DNA of 64,000 nucleotides from Candidatus Hydrothermia bacterium (GTDB taxonomy: Bacteria > Hydrothermota > Hydrothermia > UBA1063), in contig JBNARF010000002.1 in the NCBI GenBank assembly GCA_049719805.1, forward strand, positions 275,495 to 339,494. Direction: 5' to 3'. Position 1 is the first letter of the stretch; each line of letters begins with the position of its first letter. A program made the translations under genes and the position numbers. The notes beneath the pieces were generated by a model. The model searched no databases. It was not told where the DNA came from and worked only from the letters and a program-made list of their open reading frames with translations. This document shows positions 1-9,744 of this stretch, one piece after another.

Positions 1-132
1 TACAAGAGTGAGTGATAATTCATCTCCTACGAGGGAAACATCCTTTAGAAGGCCCAATTTAAATAAGGTTTCACCCGTTAAGGGATCCTTGATTTCAGCC
101 AGTCTGGCATATATTTCCTTGAAACTCGGCAT
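1..132 (-). CDS. Partial gene (N-terminal 44 codons, continues past window start): MIP18/DUF59-like N-terminus, possibly an Mrp/ApbC-type Fe-S cluster carrier
   Basis: Not in ORF track (cut by window edge). Minus-strand ATG at 132..130 preceded by AAGGAGG (complement of 141..147); frame open to position 1; translation MPSFKEIYARLAEIKDPLTGETLFKLGLLKDVSLVGDELSLTLV resembles the DUF59-type N-terminal domain of Mrp/NBP35 proteins. Confidence 0.4.
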   Translation of the reverse strand, partial: MPSFKEIYARLAEIKDPLTGETLFKLGLLKDVSLVGDELSLTLV

Positions 133-145
133 ATTTATATCCTCC

Positions 146-1525
146 TTAAAAATTCATTTCTTCATAGAGCTGCGGTTTCATAATGTTATTGAAGCCCAGC
201 GCCTTGAGTTGTTGTGCTAGTGTATCTCTTTCATTATCTTCACCATGGGTTATCACCACGGTGCTATCTCTTTCTAAGTTTTTTGACCAATCTAATAAAA
301 TTTTCTGGTCAGCATGGGCAGAGAACCCGTTAATAGTGTATATTGAAGCCTTTACTGCAACGGTTTCCCCGTAAATTTCCACCTCTCTGGCGCCGTCAAC
401 AATTTCTCTGCCCAGTGTACCTTTGGCTTGAAAACCTACAAACACCACAGAACATTCTGGTCGCCATAAATTATGCTTTAGATGATGCTTAATACGCCCA
501 CCTGTACACATACCCGATCCCGCGATAATGATAGCTCCTTTCTTAATATTGTTTATAGCCATGGAAGCTTCTTTGCTTCTCGTAAAAAATAGGTTGGAGA
601 ATGAAAAAGGATCTTTGTGTTCTTTCACGAGTTCCCGGGTTTCATCATCAAAAACTTCCCTGTGAGCTCTGAAGATATTGGTTGCCGATATCGCAAGAGG
701 ACTGTCAAGAAAAACTTTTGTATCTTCAGGAATTTCTCCTTTTTCTTTAAACTCCCTGATATAATATAAGAGATCCTGAGCTCTTTCTATGGCAAAGGTG
801 GGAATAATGACATTTCCATGTTGGATGGTATTATTTATTGCTGCTTTAAGCTCTTCAACAGATTCTTCTACACTTTTGTGATTCCGGGAACCGTAAGTGG
901 ATTCAATAACTAAATAGTCAGCATCTTTCATTTTGATACTCTCAGGGTCCCGGATTATGGGCTTGTTCCGATTCCCGAGATCACCGGAGAAGACAATTTT
1001 TTTACCATCAACGACAATTTCTAGAAAAGAAGAGCCGAGAATATGACCTGCATCCCGAAAGGTTACCCTGAAACCTTCGAAGATCTCGTATTCAGTATCA
1101 TACTTTAAAGGAGGTGCAAAGAGGGCCATTGCTGAAACAGCATCGTCAAGAGTGTAAAGGGGTTCCGGGGTTTCAAGGCCTTTTCTCATATTTCTCTTAA
1201 GTTGAGATTCATACTCTTCTGACTGGAGTTTAGCTGCATCCATCAAAATGATTCTTGCCAGGTCCAGAGTAGCACCAGTACCTAAAACCTTGCCCTGAAA
1301 ACCATCTTTTACTAATTTTGGGAGCCTGCCTACATGATCAAGGTGTGCATGGGTAAGGATAATGTAATCAATTTCGCCGGGGTTAATGGGCAATGGTTTA
1401 TAATTTTCTTCCTCAAATTCGCCCTGAAATATTCCGCAGTCTATAAGAATATTTTTGTCCCGGTGAGACATTAAGTACATGGAACCTGTGACAGTTCCAC
1501 AGGCCCCAAGGAATTTTAAATTCAT
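146..1525 (-). CDS. beta-CASP family MBL-fold metallo-hydrolase (CPSF/RNase J-like RNA-metabolising nuclease)
   Basis: 459 aa; metallo-beta-lactamase His motif ILTHAHLDHVGRLP, further Asp/His ligands, C-terminal GFSAHAD typical of beta-CASP proteins. Confidence 0.75.
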   Translation of the reverse strand: MNLKFLGACGTVTGSMYLMSHRDKNILIDCGIFQGEFEEENYKPLPINPGEIDYIILTHAHLDHVGRLPKLVKDGFQGKVLGTGATLDLARIILMDAAKLQSEEYESQLKRNMRKGLETPEPLYTLDDAVSAMALFAPPLKYDTEYEIFEGFRVTFRDAGHILGSSFLEIVVDGKKIVFSGDLGNRNKPIIRDPESIKMKDADYLVIESTYGSRNHKSVEESVEELKAAINNTIQHGNVIIPTFAIERAQDLLYYIREFKEKGEIPEDTKVFLDSPLAISATNIFRAHREVFDDETRELVKEHKDPFSFSNLFFTRSKEASMAINNIKKGAIIIAGSGMCTGGRIKHHLKHNLWRPECSVVFVGFQAKGTLGREIVDGAREVEIYGETVAVKASIYTINGFSAHADQKILLDWSKNLERDSTVVITHGEDNERDTLAQQLKALGFNNIMKPQLYEEMNF

Positions 1526-2835
1526 CAGAATATTTCCCTTTTTATGATGTCTTCAATCTCTTTGATTTCGTGAAAGGCCTTTTCTATGTCCAGAGTTAAA
1601 AACTCACCATTTAAGTACAAAAACTTGCCCCCTACCATTACAGCCTTCACATCACTGGACTTCGCAGTGTATACAATGTGGGAGTAGGGGTCAAAAACCG
1701 GTTTCATGTGGGGGGAATCCAATGAAATAACCACAAGATCAGCCCACTTAGAAGCTTCAATGGTTCCTAATTTGTCCTGAAGTCCTAAAGCCCTGGCGCC
1801 ATTTTCAGTGGCCATTTTGAAAACTTCTCTGCTCGAGAGACTTTCGGGGTTTAAATCCTTTACCTTTTGAAGCAACGCAGCTGTTCTCATTTCTTCGATA
1901 ATATCAAGGTTATTATTAGAACATGCACCATCAGTCCCCAGGGTTACGTTGATCTGGTGCTTCAAATAAGAAGAGACGGGTGCAATACCTGAAGCCAATT
2001 TTGCGTTGCTTTCCGGGTTGTGGGAGATGTTAACATCCCGATTTCTGATAATATCAAATTCCTCCTCGGTTACCCATACAGAATGAGCTGCGATGACTCT
2101 ATTATTCAAAAATCCGATGGATTCGAGGTATGCAAAGGGGGTAAGTCCGGTGCGTTTTCTTAACTCTTCAAATTCCCATTGGGTTTCAGCGACGTGGATT
2201 AATATGGGGATTCCATATTTATCTGAAAGCTCCCGGGATTTTAGAAGGGTGTCCTTTCCCGTGGAGTAAGGCGCATGGGGAGCGACGGCCGGAAAGATAT
2301 AGCTATCATTTTCATAATTTTTATAAAAACTCTCCACAAATTTTAGAGTCTCACCGGGATTTTTGAAAGCTGGCGTGGGTCCATCTATAATTCCTTCCCC
2401 GAGAACTGCCCTCATCCCTGTTTCTTTAACGAGCTCTGCAGCAGTATCTTCGAAGAAATACATGTCTACGAAGGTAGTAATACCCGAGGATATCATTTCG
2501 GCCATGGCTAAAGGAAGGGTTTTTTTGATGAAGTATCGATTAACCAGTTTGAGCTCCGTGGGCCAGATATATTTCTCAAGCCATTCCTTTAACGGTAAAT
2601 CGTCTGCCATGCCCCTCATCCCAACCATGGCCGCGTGGGTATGGGTGTTAATGAAGCCAGGAGCGACGATGGAATCACCGAAATCGTATTGAGTGCGAAC
2701 TTCCGGGTAATTTAGTTTGTCAATTGTCCCAACATCTTCTATTATCCCGTCACGAATAACAACATAAGCGTTTTCCAGACATTCTTTATGATTTTTAATC
2801 AAAAAGCGCGCTTTTATAAGGATTTTTTCAGACAT
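1525..2835 (-). CDS. Amidohydrolase, likely 5'-methylthioadenosine/S-adenosylhomocysteine deaminase (MtaD-like)
   Basis: 436 aa; metal-binding HxH (FINTHTHAAM), HVAET and HN..S motifs typical of TRZ/ATZ-type amidohydrolases; 1-nt overlap with downstream gene. Confidence 0.6.
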   Translation of the reverse strand: MSEKILIKARFLIKNHKECLENAYVVIRDGIIEDVGTIDKLNYPEVRTQYDFGDSIVAPGFINTHTHAAMVGMRGMADDLPLKEWLEKYIWPTELKLVNRYFIKKTLPLAMAEMISSGITTFVDMYFFEDTAAELVKETGMRAVLGEGIIDGPTPAFKNPGETLKFVESFYKNYENDSYIFPAVAPHAPYSTGKDTLLKSRELSDKYGIPILIHVAETQWEFEELRKRTGLTPFAYLESIGFLNNRVIAAHSVWVTEEEFDIIRNRDVNISHNPESNAKLASGIAPVSSYLKHQINVTLGTDGACSNNNLDIIEEMRTAALLQKVKDLNPESLSSREVFKMATENGARALGLQDKLGTIEASKWADLVVISLDSPHMKPVFDPYSHIVYTAKSSDVKAVMVGGKFLYLNGEFLTLDIEKAFHEIKEIEDIIKREIF

Positions 2836-3139
2836 TGTACCCTAAATTTCTAAGTTTTTCTCTGCCTTCTTCAGTAATCATTTCGGGTGTCCATTGGGGT
2901 TCCCATGTGAGTTCAACATTTACATTACCGATTCCTTCAATCTCTTTTAATTTTTCTCTTACCTCTTCAGAAAGAGTTTGAGCCAGTGGGCATCCTGGAG
3001 CTGTGAGGGTCATTAGTATGTTAACATCTTTACCGTTAATCTCGATTCCGTATATAAGACCCAGATTATAAATGTCCACCGGAATCTCCGGGTCGTAGAT
3101 TTCCTTAAGTTTCTGAACAATTTGCTCTTTCAGATCCAT
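2828..3139 (-). CDS. DUF59/MIP18-family protein (SufT/PaaD-like Fe-S cluster assembly factor)
   Basis: 103 aa; conserved LTAPGCP motif and overall DUF59 pattern (DPEIPVDIYNLGLIY...). Confidence 0.7.
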   Translation of the reverse strand: MDLKEQIVQKLKEIYDPEIPVDIYNLGLIYGIEINGKDVNILMTLTAPGCPLAQTLSEEVREKLKEIEGIGNVNVELTWEPQWTPEMITEEGREKLRNLGYNV

Positions 3140-3223
3140 AAATACCTCCTTATACCTGTAATTATATTGTTCGACTTTTGAATTTTGAAAACTACCCTCG
3201 CCACATTAAAATTCTAAAGGAGT

Positions 3224-4171
3224 ATGAAAAGAATCCTTGACTATTATGTAAAGCTCTTTAAGACCCTGAAGGATCCTTCGCAGATAAAAAAGGGGTACGT
3301 TTTCTGGGGGAAAGAAGATTTTCTGATGGATCAAGCAGTTAACACCATATGCAGTACCATCGATGCTGAAAGGGTTGTTATTGATGGTTCTTCCAGGGAT
3401 TTTGTCGATAACGTGGGACTGAACATACAGGGAGGGTTATTTCAAAAGAAGAAACTTATAGTTGTGAAATTCATTGAAAAGCCAAAAAAAATTAGTGAGA
3501 TTTTGCCTCTGCTTTTAAAGTCTGGAGAGTATTTTGTTCTGGTTTACGGAGAACTGGAACCCACTGAAGTTCCTCAAGGTATTGAAAAAATAAAATTTCC
3601 ACCCCTTGATTATGAATCTTTAAAACACTGGATATACGATAAATTAAACAAAATGAAAAAAACGATACCCCAGGGGGATTTTCTCGATATAATCACTTTT
3701 CAGATGCCAGGGGATCTTAGATCTGCTTCCAATGAACTTAAAAAGATCGAACTTTTCAGTTTAGGGCAGAATGTTTTAAATCTCGAGCACCTTAGAGTTC
3801 TCAGCGAATACGAAAAGAGTAGTCTATATGAGATTATCAGTGATCTTCTTTCTCAAAGTAAGACTTATTTCAGGAAGTATTCGAAAGTTATTAAAGAGTT
3901 GCAGTCTCCAGTCTATGTCACAACTACTTTTGTGAATATTTTCAAGAACAATTTAAAAACGGGAGTGGATAAGAACAAACTAAAAACATCCAGTAGTTTT
4001 TACGGTTCTATGGGTTATTTTATTGGTAAACAGTTTTCTTACTCTGATGTACTTAGAATGCTCTTACTCTCAGTAAAATTTGATAGCCTTGTGAAAAGCG
4101 TAACCGTGGACAAAAATCTTATTTTGTACGAGATGGCTCTGAATTTTAAGGTCAATGCTGGCAACAATTAG
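3224..4171 (+). CDS. Possible DNA polymerase III delta subunit (HolA-like); otherwise hypothetical
   Basis: 315 aa; size and N-terminal pattern (GYVFWGKEDFLMDQAV..., later YGELEP) loosely resemble clamp-loader delta subunits; AAGGAG RBS before the ATG. Confidence 0.35.
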   Translation: MKRILDYYVKLFKTLKDPSQIKKGYVFWGKEDFLMDQAVNTICSTIDAERVVIDGSSRDFVDNVGLNIQGGLFQKKKLIVVKFIEKPKKISEILPLLLKSGEYFVLVYGELEPTEVPQGIEKIKFPPLDYESLKHWIYDKLNKMKKTIPQGDFLDIITFQMPGDLRSASNELKKIELFSLGQNVLNLEHLRVLSEYEKSSLYEIISDLLSQSKTYFRKYSKVIKELQSPVYVTTTFVNIFKNNLKTGVDKNKLKTSSSFYGSMGYFIGKQFSYSDVLRMLLLSVKFDSLVKSVTVDKNLILYEMALNFKVNAGNN

Positions 4172-5768
4172 TATTCTCTTAATTTTTGCCCAATCGACTC
4201 TGGACCTGTCCAGGGAAATGGAGCTTAATTACCTTGAGGCAGGTGGTAAATATAAAGAAGCTTTGCAGATTGCTACGCAGCTTTACGAGGAGACGGGGGA
4301 TCTTTACTATTTAAAAAAGATTTTCACTCTGGAATTGATGTTGGGGCAAAAAGGGGATGCGGTAAAAAGAGGATTGGACCTTCTTTCAAAACAATTCGAT
4401 TCCGAGGTTTTCACGAGTGTGGTATTTATGCTCAGGGAACAGGGAAAACTACAGGAAATGGTTCCCATCACCCTGAAGTGGGGTGACGAGGACTCAATCC
4501 AGGCCTACAAAGGTTACTTGTTTTACCTTTTGAATGATTTTAGAAGGGCTTATGGATTTTTTTCGAAGAGCAGTAAATATCTGACAGATAAGGGACTATT
4601 GATTTCTGCATACGCAGATGTCCTGTGGCGTTTAAATAAGACTGATGAATTAAAGGATTTTCTGCTGGAAGTTCAAGATATATCCAAAGAGATAGTTTAT
4701 CTTAAGGGTCTTTATTACCGGCTTTTAGGTGATTACAATATGGCCAGAGAAGTTTTTAGCAAGCTCCTTGGTGATTGGAATTATAAGGATTTTGGCTTTT
4801 TAAAGATTTATGTGGAAGTTCTTGACGAATCAGGGGATTATGAAAAAGCTGACTCCGTAATAGAGCTTTTGACCCAATTGTACCCTTTTTATGGAGAGTC
4901 ACATAAAGTTGCAGGTATACATTATTACAGGGCTGGAAAATTGGAAAATTCCTTTAAAGAACTATTGGTCGCCAACGCCCTCGTAGAGGGAGATGGCGAT
5001 ATTCACTACTATCTGGCAAGGGTACTTGCTGGGTTCAACTCCTTCCGGGATGCTTTAAGCGAAATAGAAATGGCACTATCCATTGCCCCTTATTCTGTGG
5101 ATTACAAATATTATAAGATTTACATCCTTCTTAATCTTGATAGTCTTTCAGCAGCTCTAAGGGAAATTTACTTGTTGGAGCTCCAGGGTGTAAAGAGTGG
5201 GTACCTATACTACCTGAAGGGGAATTGTTTTGAGAGGATGAATGAATATAAACTGGCCTCTGAGAGTTTTAGAACTGCCCTTGAAATAGACAGTTTAGAC
5301 CTAAAAAGGTATTACGATTTTTTGTACCATGCTTACTCAAGGGGTATCGGGGTAGACTTTGATTACTATTTAGATAAGGCCTTGCGACAGGCAAAGAATC
5401 AAGAAGACTCCATCTATATTTCTTATTTAGCTATGGAAATAAAGAGATACCCTTTCGCTATCAAGATTTTAGAAAATTATGTGAATCAGGATACTGTTTC
5501 CCCTGCTGTTCTCAATAATCTGGCCTTTGCTATCTGTGAAAGTGGTGCTGACCTCCATCGCGCTTTAGGCCTCGTAGATAGAGCCTTAGATCGGGAGCCT
5601 GATAATTATTATTTTCTTGATACAAAAGCGTGGATTTTATATAAGCTTGAAAGGCTTGAAGAGGCGCAGTATTACATTAAAAAAGCCGTGGAGCTGGGAG
5701 GCGAAAAAGAAGAGGAGATAAGATCCCATTGGGAACAAATTTTCAATAAAAAATGGCACGAAAAGTAA
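4155..5768 (+). CDS. TPR-repeat protein
   Basis: 537 aa; repeated ~34-aa helical units with W/L/G/Y/A/F/A/P spacing (e.g. YYLKGNCFERMNEYKLASESFRTALEIDSLD); true start may be an internal Met since the ORF overlaps the upstream gene by 17 nt. Confidence 0.6.
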   Translation: MLATISILLIFAQSTLDLSREMELNYLEAGGKYKEALQIATQLYEETGDLYYLKKIFTLELMLGQKGDAVKRGLDLLSKQFDSEVFTSVVFMLREQGKLQEMVPITLKWGDEDSIQAYKGYLFYLLNDFRRAYGFFSKSSKYLTDKGLLISAYADVLWRLNKTDELKDFLLEVQDISKEIVYLKGLYYRLLGDYNMAREVFSKLLGDWNYKDFGFLKIYVEVLDESGDYEKADSVIELLTQLYPFYGESHKVAGIHYYRAGKLENSFKELLVANALVEGDGDIHYYLARVLAGFNSFRDALSEIEMALSIAPYSVDYKYYKIYILLNLDSLSAALREIYLLELQGVKSGYLYYLKGNCFERMNEYKLASESFRTALEIDSLDLKRYYDFLYHAYSRGIGVDFDYYLDKALRQAKNQEDSIYISYLAMEIKRYPFAIKILENYVNQDTVSPAVLNNLAFAICESGADLHRALGLVDRALDREPDNYYFLDTKAWILYKLERLEEAQYYIKKAVELGGEKEEEIRSHWEQIFNKKWHEK

Positions 5769-6328
5769 TTATTGTTACAGGAAAGGCAGGTTCTGGTAAG
5801 TCCACTGCCTGTAAGTTTTTGGAAGAACTGGGGATTAAGGTAATAAATGTTGATAAAATTGCCCATGATTTGCTGGATGAGTTTAAGGAGTTAATAGTGA
5901 GGCTTTTTGGGAAGAAGGTTCTTTCTTCAGATGGTAGAATAGACAGATCTGTACTCGGGGAATTAGTTTTCAATGACCCAGTGAAGATGGAAGAGCTTGA
6001 GGGAATAGTGCACCCCCCTTTAAGGAACAGGGTGGTGGAAGAGGTATTGAGATCTCAGGGAAACGTGGTCATAGACGTTGCGATTCCTAAAAAACTTAAG
6101 CTTTACGAACTTGCAGATTTTGTTATTTTTCTCGATGTAGACAGAGATATTATTGTAAAAAGACTTAGAGAAAAGGGATGGCCTGAACAAAAAATCGAGT
6201 CTATTCTGAAAAAACAAGAAGATGAAACCCCTGAAGGTAAAGGGTATCTTATAAAAAATAACGGATCTCTCGAGGAACTCAGAAGTGAACTAATGAAAAT
6301 TTTGAAAAAAGAAGGTGTAATGCATTGA
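5753..6328 (+). CDS. coaE: Dephospho-CoA kinase
   Basis: 191 aa; P-loop VIIVTGKAGSGKST and CoaE-like layout; overlaps upstream gene. Confidence 0.85.
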   Translation: MARKVIIVTGKAGSGKSTACKFLEELGIKVINVDKIAHDLLDEFKELIVRLFGKKVLSSDGRIDRSVLGELVFNDPVKMEELEGIVHPPLRNRVVEEVLRSQGNVVIDVAIPKKLKLYELADFVIFLDVDRDIIVKRLREKGWPEQKIESILKKQEDETPEGKGYLIKNNGSLEELRSELMKILKKEGVMH

Positions 6329-7143
6329 AGATTTTTTCATTTGTTAAACTAACGCGGCCGATAAATCTTGTAATTGTGTTTTTGTCAGTTCTAGTATCTT
6401 TTTATGTTGCTGGTATTTTGAAAGATTGCTCTGTTTTACTGGTGTTTGCCATCCCCATAGTATTGCTTGCTGCATTTTCTAACGTTTTGAATGATATCAT
6501 GGATTATGAACTTGATAAAAAGGCTCATCCGCAAAGGCCTTTGCCACGGGGTGAAGTAAACCAGGTTGAAGCTTTTATTTTTCTTCTTTTAATTTTGGCG
6601 CTTTATGTAGTGAGCATTTTTTTCCTCCCTTCAATTCGTGCAAGGTTCTTTATGGTTCTGGGTATTTTTCTGGCGTTTCTTTACGACCTGTTTCTTAAAA
6701 GGCTTCCCTTCCTGGGAAATTTTGCAGTTAGCTTACTGACTTCCTTTCCATTTTTAATTGTTGCTGTTGCCTTTGACAAATTTAGCAGGTTGTGGTATCC
6801 CGTTATTTGCGCTATTTTTTACAACCTCGCTCGCGAGGCTGTTAAAGACGCTGAGGATTTTGAACATGACAGAGAATTTGGGTATAAAACTATTCCTCTT
6901 TTTTTTGGCCTTAGGGGGACGAAAATTTATGCAGCGTCTTTGTTTTTTGCCCTTTTTATTCTTACTATGATCGCCTTTAAAATGGGGTTTGGCGGGTGGT
7001 TGTTCTTTGCATATATGTCTTTAATGTGGATTTTCCTTATTTTATTACTTTTTGTGGAGAAATCCCTATCCAGATTGAGCAAAGTTTTTAAAGCCTTTAT
7101 GATATTAATTATTGCGGGTTTCTTAATTGGGGGTGTTTCATGA
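6325..7143 (+). CDS. UbiA-family prenyltransferase (integral membrane)
   Basis: 272 aa, multiple TM helices; first Asp-rich motif NDIMDYELD (NDxxDxxxD) and second motif DAEDFEHDREFG. Confidence 0.75.
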   Translation: MKIFSFVKLTRPINLVIVFLSVLVSFYVAGILKDCSVLLVFAIPIVLLAAFSNVLNDIMDYELDKKAHPQRPLPRGEVNQVEAFIFLLLILALYVVSIFFLPSIRARFFMVLGIFLAFLYDLFLKRLPFLGNFAVSLLTSFPFLIVAVAFDKFSRLWYPVICAIFYNLAREAVKDAEDFEHDREFGYKTIPLFFGLRGTKIYAASLFFALFILTMIAFKMGFGGWLFFAYMSLMWIFLILLLFVEKSLSRLSKVFKAFMILIIAGFLIGGVS

Positions 7144-7646
7144 AAATCGCATTCGTATCCGATACTCACGATCACAAAGAAAACATACAAAAAATTTTCG
7201 AGGCTCTCGAGAAGGAAGGAATAAGGAATGTGGTCCATCTTGGTGATCTAATTTCCCCTTTCAATTTTAAGTTTATAAGAGAAGTTTATTCCGGAAATCT
7301 ATATGTAATTTTTGGAAACAATGATGGAGAGAAGTTATATCTCAAAGAGCAGGCAAAGGAATATGGAGTGACTCTTCTTAGATATCCGCAGCTTCTTGAA
7401 ATAAGTGGGATAAAGTTAGTGGTTATGCACGAGCCCTTTATGGTGGAGCAGCTCGCAAAAAGTGGGGATTTTGATATAGTGGCTTATGGACACACCCACA
7501 AATTACACATTGAGAAGATTGGTAATACGCTCATTATTAATCCTGGTGAAGCCTGTGGTTACCTAACAGGAAAAGCAACTTTTGTAATAGTAGAAACTGA
7601 TACCAGGGACTCAAAAGTGCTGGAGGTTTCCTATGAACGGCGTTGA
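7140..7646 (+). CDS. Metallophosphoesterase, YfcE/MJ0936 family
   Basis: 168 aa; MKIAFVSDTHDH, GDLISP, GNNDGE, GHTHK metal-binding motifs. Confidence 0.8.
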   Translation: MKIAFVSDTHDHKENIQKIFEALEKEGIRNVVHLGDLISPFNFKFIREVYSGNLYVIFGNNDGEKLYLKEQAKEYGVTLLRYPQLLEISGIKLVVMHEPFMVEQLAKSGDFDIVAYGHTHKLHIEKIGNTLIINPGEACGYLTGKATFVIVETDTRDSKVLEVSYERR

Positions 7647-8133
7647 CATTTTTAGTATCGTATTACTCGCTATTTTTAGTTTGAGGGGATTACTGGTAGG
7701 TTTTGTTAAAGAAATTCTTTCTCTTGTAGGTTTGATAATAGCTATTTTTGTCTCCCTTAAATTCAGCGACCTTATGACATTTTACCTGAAAGGTATTAAG
7801 GACCCCTTACTCCTTAAGGTTGCAAGTATTTTAATCCTTTTCGTCCTTGTCATATTCTTGACACAACTGGTGATTTTTTTGATACGGAAGGCTTTGAAGC
7901 CGACCTTTGTGGGAGTAATAGATAAGCTGCTGGGGTTTGCTATGGGCTTTTTTGAAGGCTTCATTGTGTGTGGTACGATTCTTTACTTCGCCGGGAGGTT
8001 TGATGTGATAAAGCCCTTCCTGGACAGGAGCAAGTTTTCACATAAAATTGCTTCGTATTATGAGAGATATGCTTTGAGTTATTTTGGAGAGCTCAAAGAG
8101 TTTTTCAGCAAGTCCATGGAGGAAAAGCCATGA
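7633..8133 (+). CDS. CvpA-family membrane protein
   Basis: 166 aa; N-terminal pattern DIFSIVLLAIFSLRGLLVGFVKEILSLVGLIIA typical of CvpA; 4 predicted TM helices. Confidence 0.65.
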   Translation: MNGVDIFSIVLLAIFSLRGLLVGFVKEILSLVGLIIAIFVSLKFSDLMTFYLKGIKDPLLLKVASILILFVLVIFLTQLVIFLIRKALKPTFVGVIDKLLGFAMGFFEGFIVCGTILYFAGRFDVIKPFLDRSKFSHKIASYYERYALSYFGELKEFFSKSMEEKP

Positions 8134-8369
8134 ACGGTATAAAGGTAATATGGTATGACGGAAATAAACCTTCGGAAAGACCCAGAGCTTTAGTAATAAA
8201 TGGAGAAACCCTTGAAGTTAAAAAATGGATTCCGGTGGGGATAGTAAGGAATTTCCTGGGAAAGGAAAGAGAAGTTCATAAAGTTTATCTGGAAGATGGC
8301 TCATGTTACAGGATAGAATTCGAAAGGGAGAGGGGCGAATGTGTGGTGGAGAGGCTGAGAAGCTTGTAA
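8130..8369 (+). CDS. Hypothetical small protein
   Basis: 79 aa ORF with 4-nt start/stop overlap to the upstream gene; no recognisable motif; 3' end overlaps the cdd start. Confidence 0.3.
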   Translation: MNGIKVIWYDGNKPSERPRALVINGETLEVKKWIPVGIVRNFLGKEREVHKVYLEDGSCYRIEFERERGECVVERLRSL

Positions 8370-8734
8370 AAGAAGCCGAAAAAGCCCTGGCGAATTCCTA
8401 CGCTCCCTATTCTGGTTATAAAGTGGCTGCTGCCCTTTTGTGCGAAGATGGGAAGATTTATACAGGTGTTAATGTTGAGAATGCATCTTATGGTTTGACT
8501 GTTTGTGCGGAGAGAGTTGCTATTTTTAAAGCCGTCTCTGAGGGGTGTCGCGATTTTAAAATGATCGCCATTGTGGCTGAAAACGAGGAATTCCCCCCTT
8601 ATCCCTGCGGAGCCTGTAGGCAGGTAATGGCAGAGTTCAACAAGAACTTATTGATTGTTATTAAGGATCGGGGAAAGCTGGTTTGTGTTAAACTAAGTGA
8701 CCTTTTGCCCTATTCCTTTGATTTTAAAAAATAA
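8339..8734 (+). CDS. cdd: Cytidine deaminase
   Basis: Zinc-binding CAERVAIF and PCGACRQ motifs; ORF track starts at 8303 but the internal ATG at 8339 (MCGGEAEKLV...) gives the canonical length. Confidence 0.85.
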   Translation: MCGGEAEKLVKEAEKALANSYAPYSGYKVAAALLCEDGKIYTGVNVENASYGLTVCAERVAIFKAVSEGCRDFKMIAIVAENEEFPPYPCGACRQVMAEFNKNLLIVIKDRGKLVCVKLSDLLPYSFDFKK

Positions 8735-9744
8735 GCCAGTTGTCCGCAGGCTCCTTTGATATCCTGCCCGCGGGATTTTCTGAGGGTTACCGCTCTTTTC
8801 ACTTTTTTTCTAAGCTTTGTAAGGAAATGATTTACTTCTTCGTCAGATGGGCTTCTATAGGGGCTGTAGGGGTGAGGATTATAAGGAATTAAATTTATCT
8901 TTGATGGTATTTCGCTTGCGTAATCTGCCAGAGCATCAATATCCTCTTTGCTGTTGTTTACTCCTGGAATTAATATGTATTCAAAGGTGATCCACCTATG
9001 TTTCTTTTGGTAAAAATAAAGAAGTGCGTCTTTTAGTTCAGCAAGGTTGTATTTTTTTGCTATGGGCATAATTTTTTCCCGTTTTTCTTGTATAGCTGAG
9101 TTAAGAGAAACAGCAAGTTTGAACTGTTCGGGCTCGTCGGCTAATTTTATTATTCCGGGGACAATTCCTGCGGTGGAAATAGTGATTTTCCTTGCTCCAA
9201 TGCTGAAAGCGTGGTTGTTATTCAGTATTCTGGCACTTTCCATGACTTCCTCGTAATTAAGGAGCGGCTCACCCATTCCCATGTAAACTACATTGGTGAT
9301 TCTTTGTTTTACGTAATCTCTAACAATTCGGACCTGTTCGAGAATTTCGTGGAATTTTAAGTTTCTGGTATATCCCAGTTTTCCGGTTGCGCAAAATTCA
9401 CATTTTAGCGGGCACCCTACCTGGGAGGATACGCAGATAGTAGCCCTGTCTGCGTCAGGTATAAAGACAGATTCGACTCTGTCACCGTTTTCAAGTTCTA
9501 TCAAAAATTTTATAGAACCATCTATGGAATGGAGAATAGACAGGGGCTTGCTTCTTAATATTATGAAATTTTGTGTAAGGAAATCTCTAAGGGATTTGGG
9601 TAGGTCTGAAAATTCTTCAATGTTATTGGACCCTTTTTCCCATATCCAACGTAAAATCTGATTTCTCCTGTATAGAGGAATGTTATGTTCCTTTAAGATC
9701 TTCTCAATTTCTGAAGGCTTGAGGGCAATTAAATTGTTCGTCAT
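8710..9744 (-). CDS. rlmN: 23S rRNA (adenine2503-C2)-methyltransferase RlmN (radical SAM)
   Basis: 344 aa; radical-SAM CPLKCEFCATG motif and RlmN-like N-terminal domain. Confidence 0.9.
   Translation of the reverse strand: MTNNLIALKPSEIEKILKEHNIPLYRRNQILRWIWEKGSNNIEEFSDLPKSLRDFLTQNFIILRSKPLSILHSIDGSIKFLIELENGDRVESVFIPDADRATICVSSQVGCPLKCEFCATGKLGYTRNLKFHEILEQVRIVRDYVKQRITNVVYMGMGEPLLNYEEVMESARILNNNHAFSIGARKITISTAGIVPGIIKLADEPEQFKLAVSLNSAIQEKREKIMPIAKKYNLAELKDALLYFYQKKHRWITFEYILIPGVNNSKEDIDALADYASEIPSKINLIPYNPHPYSPYRSPSDEEVNHFLTKLRKKVKRAVTLRKSRGQDIKGACGQLAYFLKSKE

Noticed and set aside
8-220. 70-aa plus-strand ORF at the window start
   Set aside because: Overlaps the minus-strand partial Mrp-like gene and the 3' end of the beta-CASP nuclease gene; no RBS or recognisable motif; likely a shadow ORF
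3185-3213. Possible promoter (TTGAAA-16-TAAAAT) upstream of the holA-like gene
   Set aside because: Predicted transcription start would fall on or after the AAGGAG RBS (3217..3222), leaving no usable leader; position inconsistent, so not reported as a feature
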